Below, in pieces: positions 1 to 9,896 of a stretch of 64,000 bases of DNA. The notes below the pieces were generated by a model, which was not told the DNA's origin, did no database searches, and saw only the letters and a list, made by a program, of their open reading frames with translations. The stretch is from a virus: IMG/VR virus record IMGVR_UViG_3300018417_000005, positions 25,368 to 89,367 of that record. The stretch is one strand, 5' to 3'. Within the stretch, counting starts at the first letter, position 1. Each line of letters begins with the position of its first letter. Position numbers and translations under genes: made by a program.

Positions 1-1
1 T

Positions 2-868
2 AACCCTGGCGCGGCAGAAACATTTACTGTTTATGACGATGCAGGCGCAACTACTTCAGTTGGTACAGTAGCTACTATAGTTGGAGGCACAGCAGGACAA
101 GGCGGTACTGGGTTATTATTAGCCGATGATACAGGAAATGATATCTTTTACTACCAGTTGTTAACAGGAACTGCGGCTGGCACAGGTGTGAAAATCATCG
201 GAACAACCTCAGGGCAAACAGCAACAACCTCAGGTGCTTCAAGCGCGAAAACCATTCCGAAGATTTACTTAGGTTCATATACTGGTACACTTATTGGTGC
301 TTATGGCATCGGTGTTTTACCAGCTAACCTAACAGCTTCGGATACAATTGAGCCGTTAGTTGGTGTTACACAAACACCACCGAACAACGTAACATTTACT
401 GTTACTGGCTTGATTAGTGGAGAAGATAGGGTGCTTGTTGGACCACGTGCGGCTGGTATTCTAGAGAAGGACCAATTCGCAGTAACCACTACACCACTAA
501 CAGCGACTTCAACCGCGTTGATTATTGATACTACTATACCTACAGATACACCGTCTACTGGTAATGTACGTATTGAAAATAACAGTGGTGTGTACTTACG
601 TACTCCGTATTCATCATACACAGGTAGCACATTTACTATTACTGCTTACGGCGATGCTGCCGCAGTAACTAACAATGTGTTTATTGCGTATATTGATGAA
701 ACAGCGGCTGCAACCTCGGCGTCATTTACATCGGTTTTCTTGTCAACAAGGGACTTGTTTGTACGTGTACGTGATGGTGGTGTAACACCTATTAAGACTT
801 TTGAGGCACCGTCTCAGTTGACTTCCTCAGGTGGTACTATTGCGGCAATTAGGACATCGGATCTATAA
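2..868 (+). CDS. Virion structural/tail-fibre-like protein, C-terminal part (5' truncated by window edge)
   Basis: Frame is open from position 2 to the TAA at 868; Thr/Gly/Ser-rich beta-strand composition; followed by a terminator. Confidence 0.6.
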   Translation, partial: NPGAAETFTVYDDAGATTSVGTVATIVGGTAGQGGTGLLLADDTGNDIFYYQLLTGTAAGTGVKIIGTTSGQTATTSGASSAKTIPKIYLGSYTGTLIGAYGIGVLPANLTASDTIEPLVGVTQTPPNNVTFTVTGLISGEDRVLVGPRAAGILEKDQFAVTTTPLTATSTALIIDTTIPTDTPSTGNVRIENNSGVYLRTPYSSYTGSTFTITAYGDAAAVTNNVFIAYIDETAAATSASFTSVFLSTRDLFVRVRDGGVTPIKTFEAPSQLTSSGGTIAAIRTSDL

Positions 869-890
869 CAGAGAAGATATAAGCACGTTC

Positions 891-917
891 AAGAAAGGGC
901 CTACGGGCCCTTTCTTT
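891..917 (+). terminator. Rho-independent terminator (probably bidirectional)
   Basis: AAGAAAGGGCC-TACG-GGCCCTTTCTTT perfect stem-loop with T tail. Confidence 0.85.
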
Positions 918-920
918 ATG

Positions 921-928
921 AATAAATA
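921..928 (+). promoter_or_regulatory. Late promoter (AATAAATA)
   Basis: T4-like late -10 element 6 nt before ATG 935. Confidence 0.6.
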
Positions 929-934
929 CAACAC

Positions 935-1474
935 ATGGACACAAACTTACAATACCTATTAGCAAATTTAGACCAAACAATATTCGTAACAACATATCGT
1001 GTCGGTTCACATTCATTCAATAAATTCTTCGATGATAAGACAACAAATCGCGGAGCATATTCAACTGCGGATGCAATATTAGAATTTAAAAAAGCAAAAG
1101 ACGTAATTGTAATATTAAGAGACCCAATTGATAGATATGAATCGGGTATAAAAATATTAAATAGAATCAATCGTCTACCTACTGAAAATTTATTAGACAA
1201 CGTGCATATTATAACGCACACTTATCCCTATCTAAGCCCAATAGAAAAATATATTACCAAATATATTGCTTGGGTAGATATGCCTATATTTTTCCCGAGA
1301 GCAGGTCACGCAACTGTATTATACGACGAAATGCCGGAAATACACAACCCATATACAAATAACGAATTAGAGAACGAATTAGAAGCATGTAATCGCATTA
1401 TACAACATACATCATGTCTAACGCTTGAGGAATTTGATGAAATACTCGACAATTTTAAAGTGATAAATACTTAA
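935..1474 (+). CDS. Sulfotransferase-family protein
   Basis: YRVGSHSF (5'-PSB-like) and VIVILRDPIDRYESG (3'-PB R-x-P-x-x-R-x-x-S) motifs. Confidence 0.6.
   Translation: MDTNLQYLLANLDQTIFVTTYRVGSHSFNKFFDDKTTNRGAYSTADAILEFKKAKDVIVILRDPIDRYESGIKILNRINRLPTENLLDNVHIITHTYPYLSPIEKYITKYIAWVDMPIFFPRAGHATVLYDEMPEIHNPYTNNELENELEACNRIIQHTSCLTLEEFDEILDNFKVINT
1461..1469 (+). promoter_or_regulatory. Late promoter TGATAAATA
   Basis: Exact motif 6 nt before ATG 1476. Confidence 0.7.
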
Positions 1475-1475
1475 T

Positions 1476-1967
1476 ATGAAATACACAATAGCACAACATA
1501 ATGGCGCGTTACTTATAACTGTACCACAAGCCGGTAATAATTCCCTTAGAGATTTTTGTAGCAAACATCGAATTGCTTGTAGCGGGTACCAATACGAAAC
1601 TGCTATTTCAACTATAGACAGCTATCAAAGTTTAGTAGTTATTCTTAGAAACCCGCAAGCCCGATACGAATCTGGCATGAGATTTTTATATGACGGAAAC
1701 AATGTAACAGGACCATATGTCGAGCAACACACAGCGCCTTACTTAGACCATTTTGCGCATAAAGCAGTTCGATATATATTATTCGAAAATCTATATAAAT
1801 ATTTTGAGTATGAAGAAGAAGAATCGAAAGGTGAGGACAAATGGGCTGATGTGTACACCAACGGTGAGCTAGAAAAAGAATTAGAAACATATAATTATAT
1901 AATTGACAACAACGATGAATTAACAGTTGAAGAATTTAATCAACTTTTTAATGGAGAAAGTAAATAA
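1476..1967 (+). CDS. Sulfotransferase-family protein (paralog of 935..1474)
   Basis: VPQAGNNSL and VVILRNPQARYESG motifs; C-terminus YTNGELEKELE...LTVEEF matches the upstream paralog. Confidence 0.6.
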   Translation: MKYTIAQHNGALLITVPQAGNNSLRDFCSKHRIACSGYQYETAISTIDSYQSLVVILRNPQARYESGMRFLYDGNNVTGPYVEQHTAPYLDHFAHKAVRYILFENLYKYFEYEEEESKGEDKWADVYTNGELEKELETYNYIIDNNDELTVEEFNQLFNGESK

Positions 1968-2383
1968 TGATTGTAACTGTATTATGTGCCGACTCATACG
2001 AAGATGAGAACTATTTTGATTATGCGTTATCTCATTTTAAGTCGGACAAAGTATATGTAATGAGTGGGTATAAATGCGATGCTAGTAAAAAATTAAAAGA
2101 TGCACCGCATATAGCTGATATGTCCGAAGTAACAGAAGACTTTCCGATATATGTATTTGCTCCGAAAAATGCGCGAAATTTTACACCTGATTTACAATTA
2201 CAAGATTTTAACGCGCCAGAGGATTGTATCCTTGTATTCGGCCCAAACAATACACACTTAATGAAAGACCATTTAGGAGATAAGACACCAGCTAATATTG
2301 TAGAGATACCAACCGACGAGGATACAACAATGTATTCTTATTCTGCTTATTTAGTGGCAATGTGGCATATAAGAAATGGCTAA
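1967..2383 (+). CDS. SPOUT (TrmL/SpoU-like) methyltransferase-fold protein
   Basis: CILVFGPNN...IVEIPT...MYSYSAYLVAMW resembles the SPOUT C-terminal knot (LVFGxE...IPM...SLN). Confidence 0.5.
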   Translation: MIVTVLCADSYEDENYFDYALSHFKSDKVYVMSGYKCDASKKLKDAPHIADMSEVTEDFPIYVFAPKNARNFTPDLQLQDFNAPEDCILVFGPNNTHLMKDHLGDKTPANIVEIPTDEDTTMYSYSAYLVAMWHIRNG

Positions 2384-4238
2384 CCAAATAACTGACAATA
2401 GAACCCAACTAGCCGATGCTGAGAATCTCACGGACGGTATTACAGGCACTTGGGTAGGGTCAACTTCGCCAGCACAAGCGATAGAAGTGTTTATTGAGGG
2501 TGCGGCCTCCATTGCTGACCAGCTAAACAACTCTGTGCGTACTATTCTGTGGAATGCAGGTACTACTATTGACCTCTCCGATACGCATATTTATATATGG
2601 GTTAACTGTGGTATTGTGGGACTACTTGAAACGCAAGCATTAGGCGGGATGGCTGTTAGATTTTGCGGCCCAGCCCAAGGTGACTTTTTTGAAGTATATG
2701 TTGGCGGCAATGATAACTGGCCCACAGCGATTAATGGTGGTTGGGTGCAATTTGCCGTTGACGTGGTGGCAGCGCAAGCCTCACCGAGCAACACAGGCGG
2801 AACACCACCAGCAATTACAGCAATCCAACATATTGGTATTGCTGGCGTAACAGTTCCAATGACAAAAGTTGGCGATAACTGTTGGGTTGATGCTATCTAT
2901 TCACTAGCTGATGGCGTTCCTGGTATTATTGTTGAAGGTCGCAACGGTGGTACCACGCCGTGGGATAGTTCGGATATTTTCACTCAGCTAGGGACTAGCG
3001 CAGGCACATTTAGACCAGGTCCTGGAGGAGCATGGGTTATTAGTACTCCGATACAATTCGGCATCAACGACACGACTACTCATGAATTCTTGGACACTAA
3101 CTTTATTTGGTTGTGGGATAACCAGGAATTTGTGGCGGCAGATTTGTATAAGATTTCTGCTTTAGGCGGAAGTGGCGGGACTACTAATGTTACGTTCGGG
3201 ATTAAATCTGGGACTGGCGCAGATGCTACAGGTTCTCAAGGTGGTATTGTGTCGGCGGCAACAGCTGGTGTGCGATATGATGTTGATATGGATGATGCGA
3301 ATTTAGACCTTGTTGGTTTTTATGGCGGCTCGTTTATTCACGGTGGGGATTTCCAATTAGATAGTTCAGTAGTTGAAGTTGTTAGTACTAACTATATTGA
3401 CTGTACTTCGGCATTTACTGAGGGTTCACGGCAAACACGAATAGGTGTTGTTGCGGCAAATACTGCTGACGATGTGCCGTTCATGACATTAAGTAATATT
3501 AGCGGTGTAACAAATTCAACGTTTGAATTCTCGGATGGTCACGCTATTGAAATTGTCGGCCCGGGTGAACCTTCATCGCAATTTTTAACTGAAGTTTCTT
3601 TTGTGGGTTATGGTGCTGATGCATCTACAGATGCCGCTATAGAAAATTCAACAGGCAATACAATAACAATAAACGTAACTGGTACTTCACCTACGGTTTT
3701 AGACACCTCAGGCACAACAATATTAGTAGTTGCTCCAGTAACAACCACTGTTACAGTACGAGACAATAATGGCTCGCTTTTACAAAATGCTAGGGTATAT
3801 CTAGAAGCGGCAGATGGAACTGGTGCGCTACCGTTTGAAGATTCTGTGTCTGTTTCAGTAACAGCAACAACCGCAACAGTTACGCATACGGCGCACGGTA
3901 TGACAACTGGCGATCAAGTAAAGATAACAGGACTTAATCAGTCTGGTTACAATGGTGCCAAAACGATTACAGTAACCGGCGTAAACACTTACACTTACAC
4001 AGTAGTTAACGATGGCACAGCAACAGGAACACCGATTGCTACAGGCATATTAATTAACGAGTTAACAACCGCAGGCGGTATCGCAGACGACACACGTTCA
4101 ATTAGTGTAGCACAACCTGTTACAGGCTGGGTTCGCAAATCGTCCTCAGCACCATTCTTTAAAACATTCCCAATTACAGGCACTGTGAGTACTACTAATG
4201 GGCTATCTATAAACGTCCAAATGGTTCTAGACCAATAA
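2376..4238 (+). CDS. Virion structural / tail fibre-like protein
   Basis: 620 aa, Thr/Gly-rich; THTAHGMTTGDQVKITG motif typical of phage structural beta-domains. Confidence 0.6.
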   Translation: MANQITDNRTQLADAENLTDGITGTWVGSTSPAQAIEVFIEGAASIADQLNNSVRTILWNAGTTIDLSDTHIYIWVNCGIVGLLETQALGGMAVRFCGPAQGDFFEVYVGGNDNWPTAINGGWVQFAVDVVAAQASPSNTGGTPPAITAIQHIGIAGVTVPMTKVGDNCWVDAIYSLADGVPGIIVEGRNGGTTPWDSSDIFTQLGTSAGTFRPGPGGAWVISTPIQFGINDTTTHEFLDTNFIWLWDNQEFVAADLYKISALGGSGGTTNVTFGIKSGTGADATGSQGGIVSAATAGVRYDVDMDDANLDLVGFYGGSFIHGGDFQLDSSVVEVVSTNYIDCTSAFTEGSRQTRIGVVAANTADDVPFMTLSNISGVTNSTFEFSDGHAIEIVGPGEPSSQFLTEVSFVGYGADASTDAAIENSTGNTITINVTGTSPTVLDTSGTTILVVAPVTTTVTVRDNNGSLLQNARVYLEAADGTGALPFEDSVSVSVTATTATVTHTAHGMTTGDQVKITGLNQSGYNGAKTITVTGVNTYTYTVVNDGTATGTPIATGILINELTTAGGIADDTRSISVAQPVTGWVRKSSSAPFFKTFPITGTVSTTNGLSINVQMVLDQ

Positions 4239-4271
4239 CAATCCAATCCTAAAATAACATTCTTATCTTTC

Positions 4272-4280
4272 TGATAAATA
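4272..4280 (+). promoter_or_regulatory. Late promoter TGATAAATA
   Basis: Exact intergenic motif upstream of 4313. Confidence 0.7.
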
Positions 4281-4312
4281 GTAATAACAACCTTACTCGA
4301 GGAAGACTGAGA

Positions 4313-4765
4313 ATGGAAGAAAATAACACTAATATCATCGACGCAAATGTTATAGAAATCGATGAAACTACAGAAAACGAGACCCAGGAAATTAGTCTTG
4401 AAGAGGCTAAGGGTGTAATAGAATATAACTATCGTGCTCCACTTATCAGCGTAGAAGATGAATTTAAAAATCTCCCACAAAAAGAACAATCACGGTATAT
4501 GCACAAACTAGCAAGTGCCATGAATCATGCGGCTAAACTGCTACAAGATGAACGTAATGAATTGCTAGTAAAAGTAGACAATTTAAAAGAAGATGTAAAG
4601 AACGCTGATGCGCAAGCTACTGTTCAAAAAAATATTAATCATCAATTAATGACAAAGATGAATGAAATAATACAAGAGAACGCAGTAGTATTACAAACAG
4701 AACAAAAAAGAGTTAAACAGTTAGAAACTGTCGTTAAGGCAGCGGGTCTATCATTAGAGCAATAA
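4313..4765 (+). CDS. Hypothetical coiled-coil protein
   Basis: 150 aa; GAGGA SD; heptad-rich C-terminal half. Confidence 0.6.
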   Translation: MEENNTNIIDANVIEIDETTENETQEISLEEAKGVIEYNYRAPLISVEDEFKNLPQKEQSRYMHKLASAMNHAAKLLQDERNELLVKVDNLKEDVKNADAQATVQKNINHQLMTKMNEIIQENAVVLQTEQKRVKQLETVVKAAGLSLEQ

Positions 4766-4776
4766 TAGGAAAATAA

Positions 4777-5490
4777 ATGTCAATTACATTAAGATCAGTT
4801 AAAGGCACAGCACTTACCCACGCAGAGTTAGATCAAAACTTTATCGATCTACGTGATTTGCCGACAGGAACAGTGTACCCGAGTGCGTCTAACGTGGGTA
4901 TTAAAGTAGACACGGCTAGCCCGGATTGGGCGTGGGAAGACCTTGTTGGTACGTTATTTGTAGACGAATCTGACCTAGCTAATGCGGCAGTATTTACTAA
5001 TTTTATAGGTAATATTAAAGCAAGGCAATTTATTAATGAACAGACTGATGTTGCGTATGTAGATTTCCATATACCGCACAATTATGTTGAAGGAACAGAA
5101 CTGTATATACACGTACATTGGAGTCATTCTAACACAAATGTTACAGGCGGTTCAGTTACATGGGGCATAGATGCAACTTATGCAAAAGGACACCAGCAGT
5201 CAGCATTCCAAGCACCCATAACAGTAGCAATATCACAAAATGCTAATACTACACAATATACACATATGATTGCAGAAGGCCCATTAACTACACCGGGCGG
5301 TGCTGCGGGTCAATTTGACACTGCTATTATTGAAACAGATGGTGTAATTAACTGTCGTGTATTTTTAGATAGTAATGACTTAACTGTTTCCTCAGGCGTT
5401 AAGCCCGACCCCTTTGTACATTTTGTCGATATACACTATCAAAGCAGAGGCTTCGGAACAAAGAATAAATCACCGGACTTCTTCACGTAA
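4777..5490 (+). CDS. Virion structural protein
   Basis: N-terminal ITLRSVKGTALTHAELDQNF motif common in phage tail-associated proteins; AGGA SD. Confidence 0.6.
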   Translation: MSITLRSVKGTALTHAELDQNFIDLRDLPTGTVYPSASNVGIKVDTASPDWAWEDLVGTLFVDESDLANAAVFTNFIGNIKARQFINEQTDVAYVDFHIPHNYVEGTELYIHVHWSHSNTNVTGGSVTWGIDATYAKGHQQSAFQAPITVAISQNANTTQYTHMIAEGPLTTPGGAAGQFDTAIIETDGVINCRVFLDSNDLTVSSGVKPDPFVHFVDIHYQSRGFGTKNKSPDFFT

Positions 5491-5499
5491 AGGTAATCC

Positions 5500-7722
5500 A
5501 TGGCATCTAGAATATTATATGTAGATGACGGGTACGCAGTTGGTGATAATTTTGTACAAACTGGTATAACTGTCGATTGGAAGAACAAAATTATTTTTGT
5601 TCCAAAAATCGCTATGACTTTAGTACAATCAACCCCATCTGTAATTTATCAATTAGACCTAAACGTTTTCCGCTTAACACTTAAAGAGCTTGAGGCAGAG
5701 GTTATCGACTCCGGTGCAGGTGGCATGTCGTTTGAAGATACGCACCAACATAACCCGCCCGTAACAGTAGGAGGTGTAACACTTGCTCGAGTTGTGGAGA
5801 TTATTAACGATTACAGTGTTACTTTTGAAGACGATCAATATGCTGTTAACTTAGTAGGTGCTAACAGTAACGTAGGTGACCGTGTTAATGTTAACCAAGT
5901 TTCGGTACGTTCAGCTAACTCTGCTGGACTTGTAACTTCACAAGCTATTGAGTTTGGTGAGTACGGCGGTGGTGTTTATGTTAAACCATCCACAAATACC
6001 TCAGGAACAACCTACCCAGCCGGAACATTGCGCGAACCAGTTAACAACTTAGCAGACGCAAAACTTATTGCAACTGCGCGTGGTTTTAATAAGCTCTTTA
6101 TTTTAGAGAGTATGACTTTACAAGATGAGGATTTTAGCGAATTTAAAATAGTAGGCGAAGGACCTACTGTTACAACAATTACAATAGCTAGTACTGTTCA
6201 ATTAGAAAACTGCCAATTATCTAGCGCATTTTATCAAGGTGTGTTAGATGGCGGATCATTAATATTTGATGCGCATATAGGTAACATAACATTCTTTAAC
6301 GGTGAGATTAATAATTGCCTATTAGAAGGTACAATAGAATTAGGCGGTACCACAGAAGCTATTCTGCGAGATTGTGCTTCGGGCGTTCCCGGACCGGGAA
6401 CGCCTACTATTGATTGCAACGGTGACAGCCCTCCCTTAGCAATGCGTAACTATAACGGTGGTATAAGATTAATAAACAAAACAGGAAACACGTACCCTGC
6501 TATTGATGTAGACCTTAATAGCGGGCAGGTTATCGTAGATTCATCAATAACAGAGGGTGAGATTACTGTGCGCGGTATTGGTAAACTTACAGATAATACC
6601 GACCCAAATAGCAATGTTGTTATATATAATGAGATGCTAAATCCAGTTACACTAAACAAGGCATTGTTCAATGATGCAGTCGATATTGATATAATAGGCG
6701 GTACGGCTGGTTTAAAATACCCAACGGGCACACCAATTCAACCATCAAATACTATAACCGATGCACGAATAATTGCAGATACTAACAATCTTAAAAAATA
6801 CAATATTGTAGGCACAACTTCCCTCGACGCTACATATTATGAATGGACCTTTGCAGGGGTTTCTTCAAACGCAACCGATATTGATTTTAATAATCAAGAC
6901 GTAGGCGAAAGTATTTTTACCCTAAGCACTGTTCGCGGAACAATGAACAGCACTGATCCAGTTGAACTTAGAAACTGTGTAGCAGTGGGATTACAAAACT
7001 TCCAAGGAACGGCTATCGAAACCGCACTTGTAGGAACATGGACAATTGAGCCCGGTACTACTGCTAGATTTGTCCGTTGTAACCAAGGAGGCACAAAGCC
7101 AGTATTTGATTTAACTGGCACCGGAAATGTAAACTTCTCGCAGTATAACGGAAACATCACACTGTCAAATTTAGACGTATCGGCATCAACTATTGCCCTC
7201 GACTTTGCGTCGGGCGAAGTTGAAATATCCGACAACTGCTCAGCAGGTAATATTATTTTGCGTGGTGTAGGAACATGGACTAACAAATCTACATACGCGG
7301 GTAATGCTACTGTGATCGATGCTATGATTAGCACAACGAATATTTGGTCCGAGGATGTATCGACGTACCCAATCGGTACTGCGGGTTACTTGCAAGTACA
7401 AGCGGGTGATATATCAAATGCAAACATACAGATTAGTGGTTTAACAAGCGACCAAGCAAATACGTTGAATCAAATTGATGCCACCACATTAAGTTCTAAT
7501 GTTACGATTACAAACATAGATAACCAACTTTCCAATGTTGTTCTTAACGGTGCGTTAAGCACTGACCAAGCAACTATGTTAATGGAGATTTACGCATTGT
7601 ACGGATTAGATCCTACTAAGCCACTTATTGTTAGTGATACTGCTAGAACAGCAGGCGCTAATATTACACAAACTGTCGATTGTAATGTTACTACGAGCAC
7701 CACTACTGTAACGAGGGTGTAA
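5500..7722 (+). CDS. Virion structural protein with two internal repeats (beta-helix-like)
   Basis: 740 aa; duplicated YPxGT...P.N...DA..IA and D..SG.V......G.I..RG.G motifs. Confidence 0.6.
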   Translation: MASRILYVDDGYAVGDNFVQTGITVDWKNKIIFVPKIAMTLVQSTPSVIYQLDLNVFRLTLKELEAEVIDSGAGGMSFEDTHQHNPPVTVGGVTLARVVEIINDYSVTFEDDQYAVNLVGANSNVGDRVNVNQVSVRSANSAGLVTSQAIEFGEYGGGVYVKPSTNTSGTTYPAGTLREPVNNLADAKLIATARGFNKLFILESMTLQDEDFSEFKIVGEGPTVTTITIASTVQLENCQLSSAFYQGVLDGGSLIFDAHIGNITFFNGEINNCLLEGTIELGGTTEAILRDCASGVPGPGTPTIDCNGDSPPLAMRNYNGGIRLINKTGNTYPAIDVDLNSGQVIVDSSITEGEITVRGIGKLTDNTDPNSNVVIYNEMLNPVTLNKALFNDAVDIDIIGGTAGLKYPTGTPIQPSNTITDARIIADTNNLKKYNIVGTTSLDATYYEWTFAGVSSNATDIDFNNQDVGESIFTLSTVRGTMNSTDPVELRNCVAVGLQNFQGTAIETALVGTWTIEPGTTARFVRCNQGGTKPVFDLTGTGNVNFSQYNGNITLSNLDVSASTIALDFASGEVEISDNCSAGNIILRGVGTWTNKSTYAGNATVIDAMISTTNIWSEDVSTYPIGTAGYLQVQAGDISNANIQISGLTSDQANTLNQIDATTLSSNVTITNIDNQLSNVVLNGALSTDQATMLMEIYALYGLDPTKPLIVSDTARTAGANITQTVDCNVTTSTTTVTRV

Positions 7723-7723
7723 C

Positions 7724-8104
7724 ATGGCCTCCGGCACTAACAAGCCCTTTCACTATAACATAGCAACAGAAGGTGTTAACGCATGTAACCCTAAAATACT
7801 TGCTGTCTTAGGCTTCCTTAAAATAATAGATATTACTATTGAGGAACTGCCCGGAAAAGGCGGCCCGGTCGGCTCCACGGAAGGTCGCCTACCTCGATAC
7901 AAAATCCATGTACGTGTAGCTTTAAAAGATATGTGGTGGGAAAGAGAATATATAGTAGATAAAAGTAAGAAAGTGAACGTAGTAGTTAAGTTCTTAAACA
8001 GCATAGCACACGCAATTACAGCAAGAGCTTACGCATTTTTGAAGAAAGTAAGACAACCTAACGTGAGTGTGAAGGCAGAAATTATTGATAAAACAGATAA
8101 ATAA
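7724..8104 (+). CDS. Hypothetical protein
   Basis: 126-aa ORF directly following the upstream gene. Confidence 0.55.
   Translation: MASGTNKPFHYNIATEGVNACNPKILAVLGFLKIIDITIEELPGKGGPVGSTEGRLPRYKIHVRVALKDMWWEREYIVDKSKKVNVVVKFLNSIAHAITARAYAFLKKVRQPNVSVKAEIIDKTDK
8095..8103 (+). promoter_or_regulatory. Late promoter AGATAAATA
   Basis: Variant motif upstream of 8135. Confidence 0.55.
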
Positions 8105-8134
8105 TAGTAACAAATATCTGTATATGGATGAAAA

Positions 8135-8821
8135 ATGGCAATAACCAGTCTAAACTTAAATCAACAAAACGACCTGGAGTTTTCAGTAGCAGTTTCGGGT
8201 GCAAACAGCAACAATGCGAAAACACGATTCTGCATTGTAACCGAGGATAAAGAGATCGGCTTTACTGGTCTATTAGAGAACGGTTCTGTTAAGTTTTGTA
8301 TCCCTAAATTAGAGAGTTTACTAGAAGCTGGCACATATGAGTGTAAGCTAGAAATTATGGTAGACGAGTATTACTTCATGCCTATTAGTGAAACCATAGA
8401 ATTTAAAATGCCAGTATCAGTCAGCGAAGCTAAAGTAGTTGACAGTGTAGAACCAAAAGAAAAACCATCTGTATCTATTAACAAAATGAAAGTAAGCGAA
8501 TCTGCGCCGGTAGAACAATCTGTAACAACGGCTGAACACCCAGCTACAGTTACAACTACGCAAACTGTAAAACAAACTGTAAAAGCTAAACCGATTGATA
8601 GTGCGAAACAATACAAGATCGCAAAGCTGGTAGCAGAATCGCTAAAATATAAAACTAAGCCTACCCAAACACCTACTGACATTATTAACGAATCTCTAAC
8701 TAACAGTCCTAATAAACTGTCACGAAAACAAGCTAGCCTGCTTAACAACATGTTAAAAGCAGCCAGTCAAGCTAGCATTGATTTTGATAAGAACCTGTTA
8801 GGTAAGATTAAAATCTTATAA
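8135..8821 (+). CDS. Hypothetical (probably virion) protein
   Basis: 228 aa; N-terminal beta-sandwich-like region, low-complexity linker, helical C-terminus. Confidence 0.55.
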   Translation: MAITSLNLNQQNDLEFSVAVSGANSNNAKTRFCIVTEDKEIGFTGLLENGSVKFCIPKLESLLEAGTYECKLEIMVDEYYFMPISETIEFKMPVSVSEAKVVDSVEPKEKPSVSINKMKVSESAPVEQSVTTAEHPATVTTTQTVKQTVKAKPIDSAKQYKIAKLVAESLKYKTKPTQTPTDIINESLTNSPNKLSRKQASLLNNMLKAASQASIDFDKNLLGKIKIL

Positions 8822-9445
8822 TATAATTTTACTTCTGTCAAACTTCCTAAACGCTGTATAATACGTTTCGAAATCATCTACTGTTTGACGAGCGTGAAAC
8901 AGTTCTAGTGGTACTTTCTTAGAAAAAGTAACGATAGGAATATGATAGGTTTTTATGATATATTCTAGTCGCGAAATATCCTTCCTCAACGCATCAAGAA
9001 TAATTGTTTTATAATTTATATCCGAGACAACTTCTATCAACCAATGATGATATTCATTCTCTGGATTATAGTTTTTAGCAACTTCTCGCAATTCGTAATA
9101 CAAAGCTCTTACTGGGTTTATAGCTGATCTATATTTCTTGCTTATGCTAGAAAAAATAAAACTACTATGTGTCGTAGACAAATTATCCATTACATCTTTA
9201 TACTCTCTAGTAAGAGTTCCCCTTAGCATCTTGACAGTACGGTCAACTACACGGTCAAAATTATCTTTTAAATTATCGGCTATATCCTTATGTCTCGGAG
9301 ACAGCTCGCTATGTAGTCTCAGGATGTCGTCTAAGGTATACATACGATGTAATAAAAGTTTTGGGAGAGTGTTTGTCTTTTGGTATTTGTCTAGTGCGCT
9401 TTGTATCTGAAGTACATCGAAGTTTATCACTTCACCTTTCTTCAT
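8816..9445 (-). CDS. Hypothetical protein
   Basis: 209-aa ORF with TAAATA 5 nt before ATG. Confidence 0.6.
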   Translation of the reverse strand: MKKGEVINFDVLQIQSALDKYQKTNTLPKLLLHRMYTLDDILRLHSELSPRHKDIADNLKDNFDRVVDRTVKMLRGTLTREYKDVMDNLSTTHSSFIFSSISKKYRSAINPVRALYYELREVAKNYNPENEYHHWLIEVVSDINYKTIILDALRKDISRLEYIIKTYHIPIVTFSKKVPLELFHARQTVDDFETYYTAFRKFDRSKIIL

Positions 9446-9456
9446 ACATATATTTA

Positions 9457-9879
9457 TTAAGAATTAATAGCAAGTATAGTATGTAGTTTTTCTGTACCTT
9501 TGTTTTGCTTAAGAGTAGTTTTTGCGCCAGCGTGTAAAGGCTGTGGCCAAACGCCAATGTCAACCCACGCATAGCCTGCGCTTTCTTCATTTAGAATAGG
9601 AGTAAATTCTTCGTCTACTACATACACAAAACTGTAATAGTAAAACTTTTGATCTCTACTTTGATATATGTCTATAGGATTGAGTTTAGTAAGTTCAGGA
9701 ACAAATCCTATTTCCTCACCTAGCTCACGCTTAATAGCATCATAGGGTGTTTCGTTTGCTTCTAATGTGCCGCCCCAGAATCCCCAAGTATGCTTGAAAC
9801 GTTTTTCAGATTTTCTTAATTGTAGTAAACAGCGTCCTGTGTCTTTAGCTAAAAAGACAACGCCTGCGGCTATAGTCAT
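9457..9879 (-). CDS. Nudix hydrolase
   Basis: Nudix box GGTLEANETPYDAIKRELGEEIG. Confidence 0.9.
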   Translation of the reverse strand: MTIAAGVVFLAKDTGRCLLQLRKSEKRFKHTWGFWGGTLEANETPYDAIKRELGEEIGFVPELTKLNPIDIYQSRDQKFYYYSFVYVVDEEFTPILNEESAGYAWVDIGVWPQPLHAGAKTTLKQNKGTEKLHTILAINS

Positions 9880-9896
9880 AATAGTATTTAACTATA

